Virus record (IMG/VR): IMGVR_UViG_3300042558_003926
Span: 186,001 to 250,000 of that record
DNA: 64,000 nucleotides
Reading direction: 5' to 3' (one strand)
Positions 48,424 through 57,404 of the stretch are shown here, one piece after another. The notes beneath the pieces were generated by a model that made no database searches, had not been told where the DNA came from, and saw only the letters and a program-made list of their open reading frames with translations. The translations under genes and the position numbers were made by a program. How positions within the stretch are numbered: the stretch's first letter is position 1; each line of letters starts with the position of its first letter.

Positions 48424-49098
48424 TTATATCATACCCTTAAATCCATGGTAAGCCCTTATCAATTCCAGTCTCTTTATTTCTTCCGGCCCCACCCACTCGA
48501 ACTCTGGTTTGTAGAGTAGCATCTGATCCTCTAACGGGATCTCGCTCCAAAGTGACTCTACAGCCTCCTGATAGCTCATCTCATCTTCCATTTGGTAGAA
48601 TATACTCCTGAGTGTATCCTCAGAAACCGGATTATTTACACATTTGAACATCCCTCCGATTTTCTGAGGGGCACCTTCGAGAGAGGTGAGCTGGTTGTTG
48701 CTACAATTGAAATCGCTACCGATTTCCTGTGGTGCTCCCTCCAGTGAGGTAAGCTGGTTGTTGTTACAAAAGAAATCAAGGCCAACTCTCTTTGGTGATC
48801 CCACCAGCGAGGTGAGCTGATTGTCGTCACAATAGAAACCCTCAGCCTCCTGTGGTGCTCCCTCCAGTGAGGTGAGACGGTTGTCCTCGCATGAAAAATA
48901 TGCTCTCACTACACCAAATCTAACTCCTTTAAAATCTGTCAGATCCTGTCCAGTGCAGCTAAAGCTCCCATCCACATCAACAAGTCCGGTATGAGGATTA
49001 ATAGTCCATTTATCAGAGCACTCATCAAGCCACTCGATCTGCTCCGGGGTAAGCTCTACCGCACTCTCAAACATCTTATATGTCTTTAGATTCTTCAT
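48424..49098 (-). CDS. LRR-like repeat protein, paralog 6 of 6 (4 modules)
   Basis: MKNLKTYKMFES tag; xxNQLTSLEGAPQxVGxxFxC repeats; conserved C-terminus. Confidence 0.85.
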   Translation of the reverse strand: MKNLKTYKMFESAVELTPEQIEWLDECSDKWTINPHTGLVDVDGSFSCTGQDLTDFKGVRFGVVRAYFSCEDNRLTSLEGAPQEAEGFYCDDNQLTSLVGSPKRVGLDFFCNNNQLTSLEGAPQEIGSDFNCSNNQLTSLEGAPQKIGGMFKCVNNPVSEDTLRSIFYQMEDEMSYQEAVESLWSEIPLEDQMLLYKPEFEWVGPEEIKRLELIRAYHGFKGMI

Positions 49099-49100
49099 TC

Positions 49101-50156
49101 CTATATCATACCCTTAAATCCTTGGTAAGCCTTTAACGCTTCCAGCTTCCTTCCCTCCTCTGGACTCACCCACTCGAACTCTGGTCTGTACAGCAGAGCC
49201 TGATCCTCTATAGGGATCTCATTCCAGAGTGATTCCATAGCCTGGATGTAACTCTTCCCTTTCTCCATGGGGTATAATATTCTCCTGAGTGTCTCTTCAG
49301 AAACCGGATTGCTCTCGGAATAGAAAATCCCATTAATCTCCCGTGGTGCCCCATCCAGTGAGGTGAGCTGGTTGTTTTCGCAGAAGAAACCCCCTCTGAC
49401 CCGCTGTGGTGCTCCCTCCAGTGAGGTGAGCTGGTTGTTCCTGCAAATGAAATCCTCTCCAACCTCCTGTGGTGCTCCCTCTAGTGTGGTGAGCTGATTG
49501 TGGTCACAACTGAACCAAAATCCAACCTTCTGTGGTGCTCCCACCAGTGAGGTGAGCTGGTTGTTGCTACAATTGAAAGCCTGTCCAACACTCTGCGGTG
49601 CTCCCTCCAGAGAGGTGAGCTGGTTGTTGGTACACTTGAAACTCCCTCTGACCCGCTGTGGTGCTCCCACCAGTGATGTGAGCCGGTTGTTCTCACAATA
49701 GAAATACCCAGCAATCTCCTGTGGTGCTCCCACCAGTGATGTGAGCCGGTTGTTCTGGCAATAGAAATACCCACCAACATCCTGTGGTGCTCCCTCCAGT
49801 GAGGTGAGCTGGTTGTTGCTACAATTGAAATCCTGCCCAACACTCTGTGGTGCTCCCACCAGTGAGGTGAGCTGGTTGTCGTGGCAATAGAAATCCCCTC
49901 CAACATCCTGTGGTGCTCCCTCCAGTGAGGTGAGCTGATTGTTCCGGCAAATGAAATCCTCACTGACCACTCCAAACCTAACGTCTTTAAAATCTGTCAG
50001 ATCCTGTTCAGAGCAATCGAAATCCCCATCCACATCAACCAGTCCGGTTTGTGGATTAATAGTCCATTCATCAGTGCACTTGTCCAACCACTCGATCTGC
50101 TCTGGTGTAAGCTCTACCGCACTCTCAAACATCTTATATGTCTTTAGATTCTTCAT
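49101..50156 (-). CDS. LRR-like repeat protein, paralog 5 of 6 (10 modules)
   Basis: Same architecture. Confidence 0.85.
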   Translation of the reverse strand: MKNLKTYKMFESAVELTPEQIEWLDKCTDEWTINPQTGLVDVDGDFDCSEQDLTDFKDVRFGVVSEDFICRNNQLTSLEGAPQDVGGDFYCHDNQLTSLVGAPQSVGQDFNCSNNQLTSLEGAPQDVGGYFYCQNNRLTSLVGAPQEIAGYFYCENNRLTSLVGAPQRVRGSFKCTNNQLTSLEGAPQSVGQAFNCSNNQLTSLVGAPQKVGFWFSCDHNQLTTLEGAPQEVGEDFICRNNQLTSLEGAPQRVRGGFFCENNQLTSLDGAPREINGIFYSESNPVSEETLRRILYPMEKGKSYIQAMESLWNEIPIEDQALLYRPEFEWVSPEEGRKLEALKAYQGFKGMI

Positions 50157-50157
50157 T

Positions 50158-50844
50158 TTATATCATACCTTTAAATCCTTGGTAAGCTCTTAACGCTTCC
50201 AGCTTCCTTCTCTCCTCTGGACTCACCCACTCGAACTCTGGTCTGTACAACAGAGTCTGATCTTCTAACGGAATCTTGCTCCAGAGTGATTCCACAGCCT
50301 GCATGTGACTCTCCCCTTTCTTCATGAGGGAGAATATTCTCTTGAGTGTTTCATTAGAAACTGGGTTGCCGTAGCAATAGAAAATCAATCTCACCCGCTG
50401 TGGTGCTCCCACTAGAGAAGTGAGCTGGTTGTTGTCACATCTAAAATCCCCTTCAACCTCCCGTGGTGCACCCTCCAGTGAGGTGAGCTGATTGTTGTTA
50501 CAATAGAAATCCCATCCAACCTTCTGTGGTGCTCCCTCCAGTGTGGTGAGCTGGTTGTCACTACAACTGAAACCCCCACCAACCCGCTGTGGTGCTCCCT
50601 CCAGTGTGGTGAGCTGGTTGCCGTAGCAATAGAAATACCCACTGACCACTCCAAACCTAACGTCTTTAAAATCTGGCAGATCCATACGAGAGCAGCCAAA
50701 ATCCCCATCCACATCAACCAGTCCGGTTTGTGGATTGAGTGTCCAGGTACCATCAATGCACTCGTCAAGCCACTCGATCTGCTCTGGTGTAAGTTCTCCT
50801 ACACTCTCAAACAGTTGGCGATATGTCTTTAGATTCTTCATCAT
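50158..50844 (-). CDS. LRR-like repeat protein, paralog 4 of 6 (4 modules)
   Basis: Same architecture; start at 50844 or 50841. Confidence 0.85.
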   Translation of the reverse strand: MMKNLKTYRQLFESVGELTPEQIEWLDECIDGTWTLNPQTGLVDVDGDFGCSRMDLPDFKDVRFGVVSGYFYCYGNQLTTLEGAPQRVGGGFSCSDNQLTTLEGAPQKVGWDFYCNNNQLTSLEGAPREVEGDFRCDNNQLTSLVGAPQRVRLIFYCYGNPVSNETLKRIFSLMKKGESHMQAVESLWSKIPLEDQTLLYRPEFEWVSPEERRKLEALRAYQGFKGMI

Positions 50845-50848
50845 AATA

Positions 50849-51661
50849 CTATATCATACCTTTAAATCCTTGGTAAGCTCTTAACGCTTCCAGTTTTCTT
50901 ACCTCCTCTGGACTCACCCACTCGAACTCTGGTCTGTACAACAGAGCCTGATCCTCTACTGGAATCTCGTTCCAGAGTGTCTCCACAGCCTGAATGTAAC
51001 TCTCCCCTTTCTTCATGAGGGAGAATATGCTCTTAAGAGTCTCCACAGAAACTGGGTTGTTCTCACAATAGAAATAATCCCGTCCGATCTCCAGTGTTGC
51101 TCCCTCCAATGAGGTGAGCTGGTTGTCCCCACAATAGAAATACCCATCCACCTTCTGTGGTGCTCCCTCCAGTGTGGTGAGCTGATTGTTCTCACAATTG
51201 AACCTCCCTCCAACCCGCTGTGGTGCTCCCTTCAGTGAGGTGATCTGGTTGCCGTTACACTCGAAATACCCTCCAACCTTCTGTGGTGCTCCCTCCAGTG
51301 TGGTGAGCTGATTGTTGTTACAAAAGAAACCACTTCTGACCCGCTGTGGTGCTCCCACCAGTGAGGTGAGCTGGTTGTTGCTACAACTGAAATGCTCTCC
51401 AACCTCCTGTGGCGATCCCTCCAATGAGGTGAGCTGGTTGTTCCTACAATTGAAACTCCCACTCACCACTCCAAACTTAACGCCTTTAAAATCTGTCAGG
51501 TCCTGTCTAAAGCAATCGAAGTCTCCTTTCACATCAACCAGTCCTGTTCGTGGATTGATCTTCCAGGTACCATCAGTGAACTTGTCCAGCCACTCGATCT
51601 GCTCTGGTGTGAGCTCTTGTGTGTTCTCAAACATTTGGCGATATGTCTTTAGATTCTTCAT
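50849..51661 (-). CDS. LRR-like repeat protein, paralog 3 of 6 (6 modules)
   Basis: Same architecture. Confidence 0.85.
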   Translation of the reverse strand: MKNLKTYRQMFENTQELTPEQIEWLDKFTDGTWKINPRTGLVDVKGDFDCFRQDLTDFKGVKFGVVSGSFNCRNNQLTSLEGSPQEVGEHFSCSNNQLTSLVGAPQRVRSGFFCNNNQLTTLEGAPQKVGGYFECNGNQITSLKGAPQRVGGRFNCENNQLTTLEGAPQKVDGYFYCGDNQLTSLEGATLEIGRDYFYCENNPVSVETLKSIFSLMKKGESYIQAVETLWNEIPVEDQALLYRPEFEWVSPEEVRKLEALRAYQGFKGMI

Positions 51662-52408
51662 TTATATCATACCTTTAAATCCTTGGTAAGCCTGGAGAGC
51701 TTCCAGCTTTCTTCTCTCCTCTGGACTCACCCACTCGAACTCTGGTCTGTACAGCAGAGCCTGATCCCCTAATGGAATCTCACCCCAGAGAGACTCCACA
51801 GCCTGAAGATAGCTCTCACCCTTCGTCATGGTGGAGAAGATGCTCTTGAGTGTCCCTTTGGAAACTGGGTTGCCCTCACAATTGAAATGCCGTCCGATCT
51901 CCCGTGGTGCTCCCTCCAGTGAGGTGAGCTGGTTGTTACTACAATAGAAATACCTCCCAACCTTCTGTGGTGCTCCCTCCAGTGTGGTGAGCTGATTTCC
52001 CTCACAAATGAAATCACCCTCAACCTTCTGTGGTGCCCCCACCAGTGAGGTGAGCTGGTTGTTGTCACACCTGAAACGCTCTCCTACCTCCTGTGGTGCC
52101 CCCACCAGTGAGGTGAGCTGGTTGTTGTTACAATAGAAACCCTCACCAACCTTCTGTGGTGCTCCCTCCAGTGAGGTGAGCTGGTTGTAGTCACAACCGA
52201 AATCCTTACTCACCACTCCAAACCTAATCCCTTTGAAATCCGTCAGATCATGTTCAGAGCAATCGAAGTCTCCTTTCACATCAACCAGTCCTGTTCGTGG
52301 ATTGATCTTCCAGGTACCATCAATGCACTCGTCAAGCCACTCGATCTGCTCTGGTGTGAGCTCTCCCACACTCTCAAACAGTTGGCTATATGTCTTTAGA
52401 TTCTTCAT
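51662..52408 (-). CDS. LRR-like repeat protein, paralog 2 of 6 (5 modules)
   Basis: Same architecture. Confidence 0.85.
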   Translation of the reverse strand: MKNLKTYSQLFESVGELTPEQIEWLDECIDGTWKINPRTGLVDVKGDFDCSEHDLTDFKGIRFGVVSKDFGCDYNQLTSLEGAPQKVGEGFYCNNNQLTSLVGAPQEVGERFRCDNNQLTSLVGAPQKVEGDFICEGNQLTTLEGAPQKVGRYFYCSNNQLTSLEGAPREIGRHFNCEGNPVSKGTLKSIFSTMTKGESYLQAVESLWGEIPLGDQALLYRPEFEWVSPEERRKLEALQAYQGFKGMI

Positions 52409-53281
52409 TTATATCATGCCTTTAAATCCAGCGTAAGCCTTAATGACATCCAGCTTCTTACCAAACTCTGGACTCACCCACTCGAACTCTGGTCTGTATA
52501 ACAGAGCCTGATCATCTAATGGAATCTCGTTCCAGAGTGTCTCCACAGCCTGCAGGTAGCTATTCCCTTCCTTCGTGAGGGAGAATATGCTCTTGAGTGT
52601 CTCTTCAGAAACGGGGTTTTTCTCACAATAGAAACCCCCTCCAACCTTTTGTGGTGCTCCCTCCAGAGAGGTAAGTTGGTTTCTATCGCAATTGAAACTT
52701 CCACCGACCTCCTGTGGTGCTCCCTCCAGTGAGGTGAGGTTGTTGCCCTCACAAAGGAAACGCTCTCCTACCTCCTGTGGTGCCCCCTCCAGCGAGGTGA
52801 GCTGGTTGTTGTTACAACTGAAACCTCTTCCGACCCGCTGTGGTGCTCCCTCCAGTGAGGTGAGCTGGTTGTCGCTGCAATAGAAATCATGTCCAACCCG
52901 CTGAGGTGCTCCCTCTAGGGAGATGAGCTGGTTGTCCTCACAATTGAAATTCGCTCCGACTTCCTGAGGTGCTCCCACCAGCGAGGTGAGCTGGTTGTAC
53001 CTACAATAGAAATCCTCTCCAACCTTCTGTGGTGCTCCCTCTAGGGAGATGAGCTGGTTGTTGCTGCAATAGAAATACCCACTGACCACTCCAAACCTAA
53101 TCCCTTTGAAATCTGTCAGGTCCTGTTCAGAGCAATTGAAATCCCCATCCACATCAACAAGTCCGGTTTGTGGATTGATCTTCCAGGTACCATCAGTGCA
53201 CTTGTCCAACCACTCGATCTGCTCTGGTGTAAGCTCTCCCACACTCTCAAACAGTTGGCGATACGTCTTCAGATTTTTCAT
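52409..53281 (-). CDS. LRR-like repeat protein, paralog 1 of 6 (7 modules)
   Basis: Same architecture. Confidence 0.85.
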   Translation of the reverse strand: MKNLKTYRQLFESVGELTPEQIEWLDKCTDGTWKINPQTGLVDVDGDFNCSEQDLTDFKGIRFGVVSGYFYCSNNQLISLEGAPQKVGEDFYCRYNQLTSLVGAPQEVGANFNCEDNQLISLEGAPQRVGHDFYCSDNQLTSLEGAPQRVGRGFSCNNNQLTSLEGAPQEVGERFLCEGNNLTSLEGAPQEVGGSFNCDRNQLTSLEGAPQKVGGGFYCEKNPVSEETLKSIFSLTKEGNSYLQAVETLWNEIPLDDQALLYRPEFEWVSPEFGKKLDVIKAYAGFKGMI

Positions 53282-53285
53282 CCCA

Positions 53286-53294
53286 CTATATATC
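53286..53294 (-). promoter_or_regulatory. Putative late promoter GATATATAG driving the LRR array
   Basis: 4 nt upstream of the first paralog. Confidence 0.6.
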
Positions 53295-53420
53295 TCTCAA
53301 TATAAGGCATCATCCCGGTCTAAAAAAAAATGTGTTGGGGGCTTTTGGGACCAAATCCCCAGGAGGGGCCCGCCCACCAAATAGATGTAGTATATGTTCC
53401 GTCTCCTATAGATAGAGGTA

Positions 53421-53843
53421 GTGATAGATAGAGTACAGTCACACACACTAAAGAGCATGAGCACACAATCGCATATAGACAAGGTAAACATGAAACCTAA
53501 TCTACTACCTTATCCACACCATGTAGCAGCACCTAAGATAGAGACAGTAGATCTATCAGCGTTCAATACACTACAGGCACACAAGGTGAGCAAGTCACTA
53601 CAGAAGAGAGCAGAGGAGATAGCTAGTGCTGTGAAATCCCTACAAGAAGACTATGCACTCAACCTACAGCTATACTCTGCAACCAGATCATTCGAGCCTG
53701 TACTAGGAGAGGTGTATCATCTATATGAGAAGGCAGATGGCACCCAGTTCCTAAGTCTCATATCTCCCAGAGAATGGAAGCAGAAGTACCTGTATTCTGG
53801 TGTGCTAAACTCCGATGGTACCTGGACCCGAGTAGATCTGTAG
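53421..53843 (+). CDS. DUF2452-like protein
   Basis: LPYPHHVAAPKI...FEPVLGEVYHLYE...FLSLISPREW; start uncertain (53421, 53457 or 53490). Confidence 0.7.
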   Translation: MIDRVQSHTLKSMSTQSHIDKVNMKPNLLPYPHHVAAPKIETVDLSAFNTLQAHKVSKSLQKRAEEIASAVKSLQEDYALNLQLYSATRSFEPVLGEVYHLYEKADGTQFLSLISPREWKQKYLYSGVLNSDGTWTRVDL

Positions 53844-54048
53844 GAGATCCCAGAACTGATCCCAAACTAACCCCCAACAACATAGTATGTTAGTAAGATA
53901 GTATGCACAGCCATGTTCATCTGAGTGGGAAGCACGTGGAGGCACTCATATAGGTACTCGTATGCGAAAACTTGGCCCTCCCGGCAGCCCCTCTCCAGGG
54001 CCGAGCAACCACCCAGGGTGCGAACAAGGGTGTTCTCGGATAGCCCCG

Positions 54049-54170
54049 TTAGCCCGGGTTAACCACCCCCGCTTAGCCCGGGTTAACCCAGCCTCCCACT
54101 AACCCGGGGTAATTCCTGGTAAGCAATGGTAAAAACTGGAATTTTAGCCCGGGTTAACTAGGTTAACTCG
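54049..54170. repeat. Near-palindromic iterons TTAGCCCGGGTTAAC (3 exact copies plus variants) in a GC-rich non-coding segment
   Basis: Exact copies start at 54049, 54073 and 54144; variant TAACCCGGGGTAA at about 54100; extra GGTTAAC at about 54161. Confidence 0.85.
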
Positions 54171-54395
54171 GCCCGCCCCGAATCCCTAGGATTTCTCGCC
54201 CCGATTCCAGCCTCAGACACCGCGGTTATCTCTTAGGTATCTCGCCTCGCCTCACTCTACCTCTCTCTATAGGATCAGGAGACGGAATCTACTCATGTCT
54301 ACTCTATCTATAGGGAGAAGGATAAGGATAATACATAACTATTTGGGGCGGGTTTCCCACGGTGTTACCCCTCAGAAAACCCCCCGAAGAATTTG

Positions 54396-54404
54396 GATAT
54401 ATAG
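54396..54404 (+). promoter_or_regulatory. Putative late promoter GATATATAG
   Basis: 6 nt upstream of a tagged gene. Confidence 0.55.
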
Positions 54405-54410
54405 ATCACT

Positions 54411-55205
54411 ATGAAACATGTTAAAATATTTGAAGAGTATATCCCAGGAGGCAGAGCCTCTGGCAAGAGCCTAAAGGATCTCGCCAAGATCCACGGTGTA
54501 GGAATCAAGAGCCTGGAGAAGCAGCTGAAGGTTGGCGTAGCCGTTGAGATGGAACACACCAACAGTGAGGCCAAGGCCGAGGAGATAGCTATGGATCACC
54601 TAGCAGAAAACCCACGGTATTACACTCGGCTTATCCGGAAGGGATTCGTGGATGAACCAAAGGCTCTGAAGATCTATAAGGAACTCTATGAGGGAGACTG
54701 GTTTGATAATCTAAGTTACCACCCGGCAAACCAACCAGATGGACCTGATCCAACAAGGGAGATCGAATACACCCCGGCCCAACAGAAGTTTACCACTATG
54801 TCATTCCTAGGTGATAGCAGCATTGGCTTTACTCTGCTGCATGGCAAGGACTCCGTGGGAGGTGGAGCTTGGGTGCTTAACATCGATGAGGTTCCGGATG
54901 ACTATCAGCTGATCACTGTCTATGGAGATGATGAAGAGAATGAGACGGAGATTGATGAGGACACTTGCATCAACTACGCTACTGATCTCTGGGATGCTAG
55001 AGATAGAGATGTTGAGAATGTAGGAGAAGGCATGGAAGGCTGGGAAGATGGTAAGTTGCTATGTAAGCTAGATGCTGAACTGGCAGAGGATTTGATTGGC
55101 ACTATGGAGTTCGTGATGAGAAGAGGTAATTACGGTCCTGGTTCTAATATCAAGAAAAAAGTCTCTGGTGCTGTCTATGAGCTAAGCAAACTATTTGAGC
55201 TGTGA
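54411..55205 (+). CDS. DUF5661-like domain protein with CTS-like tag and acidic C-terminal domain
   Basis: MKHVKIFEEY; KQLKVGVAVEMEHT...AEEIAMDHLAENPRYYTRL; family name recalled from memory. Confidence 0.7.
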   Translation: MKHVKIFEEYIPGGRASGKSLKDLAKIHGVGIKSLEKQLKVGVAVEMEHTNSEAKAEEIAMDHLAENPRYYTRLIRKGFVDEPKALKIYKELYEGDWFDNLSYHPANQPDGPDPTREIEYTPAQQKFTTMSFLGDSSIGFTLLHGKDSVGGGAWVLNIDEVPDDYQLITVYGDDEENETEIDEDTCINYATDLWDARDRDVENVGEGMEGWEDGKLLCKLDAELAEDLIGTMEFVMRRGNYGPGSNIKKKVSGAVYELSKLFEL

Positions 55206-55258
55206 AAGATAGTATCTTCGTAACATACTCTGTGGTCGGGCGCAAAACCTGGCCATTA

Positions 55259-55290
55259 TTTTTTTACCCCGAGTCTAAACGTTATATTTG
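55259..55290 (+). promoter_or_regulatory. Putative early promoter (CCCCG-N11-TATATTTG)
   Basis: Motif copy preceding a 31-aa membrane ORF (ATG at 55297). Confidence 0.7.
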
Positions 55291-55550
55291 AAAGTATGAA
55301 GAATCCAAAAGATAAAAGCGATCTAGTGATAGCACTGATAATAGCTGGATGGTTCTTGGCAATAGGTGTTGTAGCTTATCTCTTTACTTAAGAGCCATCC
55401 CGGCTCTTGCCAATAGATCATGCTATCCCAAAGAATTATAAGACTGGGGCTAAAGGTTAGACCCCTTACCACACCTCACCCACGGTGTTACCCTCTTCAA
55501 CCGCTAAACACAACACCGAACTTCATAAATAGAATTCCGATATATAAAGC

Positions 55551-55766
55551 ATGGGAATCAAAAGATTTAAGTGCTGCAAAGAGAGCAACAGATTTGCCTT
55601 TATGAAACAAGGTAAATTTCTAGTCTTTAGTTTTTTAATCATATGGCTCGGTCTCTCACTACATTTAAACGAGATTAATCCTATTGAATGGCCGAACATC
55701 TATAAGCCATTCCTCTTTCTTTTTATCTGCCCGATGTTCGCGTATCTCTCTCAAGAAAAAGTTTAG
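55551..55766 (+). CDS. Small membrane protein
   Basis: Two hydrophobic segments; GATATATA at 55539-55546. Confidence 0.5.
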   Translation: MGIKRFKCCKESNRFAFMKQGKFLVFSFLIIWLGLSLHLNEINPIEWPNIYKPFLFLFICPMFAYLSQEKV

Positions 55767-55772
55767 TAATTA

Positions 55773-55804
55773 TTTTTTTTCCTGGAACCGAATGGTTATC
55801 TTTG
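55773..55804 (+). promoter_or_regulatory. Putative early promoter (CCTGG-N11-TATCTTTG)
   Basis: Motif copy. Confidence 0.65.
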
Positions 55805-55826
55805 ATTTAACCAAAAAAAGAACACC

Positions 55827-56222
55827 ATGAAAATTACCTTTGAAAAGAAAGAAGCAGAAGAGATCTTCTACAGCGCATTATGCAACGGCTTAGGCTACAT
55901 TGGAGGCTACGGTCTAGTCCTCGACTTCGAAGACAAGGCATACGAAAAAGCAAAGAAAACACTTAAGAAGGCCACGCCTAACGAAACTATCTGTTATGAG
56001 GACGTGCTCATGCAGATCCTCAGAGAAGGAGGAGAGCTGGTTCTGATCGACGAGGAATGCGACGGTGAATACACCAGCCGAATCAAAATGGAAGACGTCT
56101 ATGAAAGACTTCCTCTTACACCCACACGATTCTTAATGGACATGATCAACGAACAGGACGACGCTGAGACAGCAGACTGTATTATCCAGACCGTGTTCTT
56201 TAAAGATATAGTGTTTGGTTAA
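55827..56222 (+). CDS. Conserved phage hypothetical protein
   Basis: Ends DAETADCIIQTVFFKDIVFG. Confidence 0.7.
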   Translation: MKITFEKKEAEEIFYSALCNGLGYIGGYGLVLDFEDKAYEKAKKTLKKATPNETICYEDVLMQILREGGELVLIDEECDGEYTSRIKMEDVYERLPLTPTRFLMDMINEQDDAETADCIIQTVFFKDIVFG

Positions 56223-56465
56223 TCCAATATATAATTTACACCAAATCAAATTATATGAAGACCACTAAAGATAAAACAAAGGGTAAATGGACTCAGGAAT
56301 CTTTTCAAGGTAAGAGTCAAAGAAACTACGAAACTTCCGCGACCATTATTCTTTGGTGCTCAATCCTTACAGCAGTAATTTCTATCTCCGCAATTTTTTT
56401 CAAAATTTTTTTCTAAAGGGGTTTACTTTTTCCATTTTTTTCCTTATAATTAGATAAAGAAAAAA

Positions 56466-56496
56466 TTTTTTTCCTGGAACTGAATACTTAATTTAG
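56466..56496 (+). promoter_or_regulatory. Putative early promoter (CCTGG-N11-TAATTTAG)
   Basis: Motif copy. Confidence 0.65.
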
Positions 56497-56515
56497 AATT
56501 ATCAAAACAAACAAA

Positions 56516-57163
56516 ATGAAAACAATTTGCATTTACGAATTTTCTGAATTGAATCCGGAGGCTAAAGAATTAGCAATCGAATCGGTTAGAGAAGAGATGG
56601 AATCGAACGAATGGCACGAGGCTTACAACTGGGCCGTTGATGACTGTGCTCTCTTCGAACCCAAGCATGAGGAAATGGTTAAGACCTGTGGGGACAACTA
56701 CTATGAGGAGAACAGAACTTCCGACGGTAAGTATGGGCAGTTCGTTTTCAAGAACCGCAGGAAGATCAAGAGCTTCGATCCGGATCCGGGAGCAACCATT
56801 ATCTTAGGAGAAGCCTTAGAGATAACCAACGATCGTATGTTCAAACTCTGGTTAGGAATCCCGGAGATATTCCACGAGAGTGTTGAATATCGCATAGGGG
56901 CTTCTATCCCTGAGGACTTCATCAGATGGTCTAAGTCCACCACCATAGAATTTGAACACAATGAATTGAATGGGGAGATCATGGGAGACGTGTTGATAGG
57001 TATCTTGGAATTGGCCAAGGAAAAGTTCGACTCACACATTTCTGATATCCATGACAGAATCCTTACCGGGATAGATGCTTACTTCGATGACGAGAACGTA
57101 GAATACAGAATAGAAGAAAGAGAATACGAGTTTCTAGAAGACGGATCTATCTGGAATAGCTAA
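56516..57163 (+). CDS. Acidic hypothetical protein
   Basis: IYEFSELNPEAKELAIE...EYEFLEDG; typical early phage protein. Confidence 0.7.
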   Translation: MKTICIYEFSELNPEAKELAIESVREEMESNEWHEAYNWAVDDCALFEPKHEEMVKTCGDNYYEENRTSDGKYGQFVFKNRRKIKSFDPDPGATIILGEALEITNDRMFKLWLGIPEIFHESVEYRIGASIPEDFIRWSKSTTIEFEHNELNGEIMGDVLIGILELAKEKFDSHISDIHDRILTGIDAYFDDENVEYRIEEREYEFLEDGSIWNS

Positions 57164-57404
57164 TTAACAAGTAAACAATTAAAATCCAAATATCATGAAC
57201 AAAGCAAAGAAAAACACAAGCACTCGCTCTTTAGAGCAATTAGTAGCAGACTTCCAAGCATCTGCAGGATCATTCCTAACATTTCACGGAACGCTAAACG
57301 GAAAAGAGCGAAGCTTATTTAAAGGTTGGTTAGCAGATATGCGTCAACCCGCGGTGTAACCCAAGACCGTCCGATACGAAATCTTTTTCCACTAGAAATC
57401 TATA

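Larger units (their letters stand above)
48424..53281 (-). repeat. Tandem six-gene array with internal 66-bp coding repeats
   Basis: Core (+ strand) CTGTGGTGCTCCCTCCAGTGAGGTGAGCTGGTTG recurs at a 66-bp period, 36 modules in total. Confidence 0.92.

Noticed and set aside
48424-53281. CRISPR array (regularly spaced conserved repeats with variable spacers)
   Set aside because: The period is 66 bp and in frame, the repeats are degenerate and fully protein-coding, and there is no leader or cas gene.
48424-53281. Diversity-generating retroelement
   Set aside because: No reverse transcriptase or non-coding template repeat is visible in the window, and variation is not obviously restricted to adenines. 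A genome-wide RT search would still be worthwhile.
48636-53384. Alternative-frame ORFs (TTSSPHWREHH... and CGAPSSEVSW... types)
   Set aside because: These are shadow frames of the GC-rich repeat genes.
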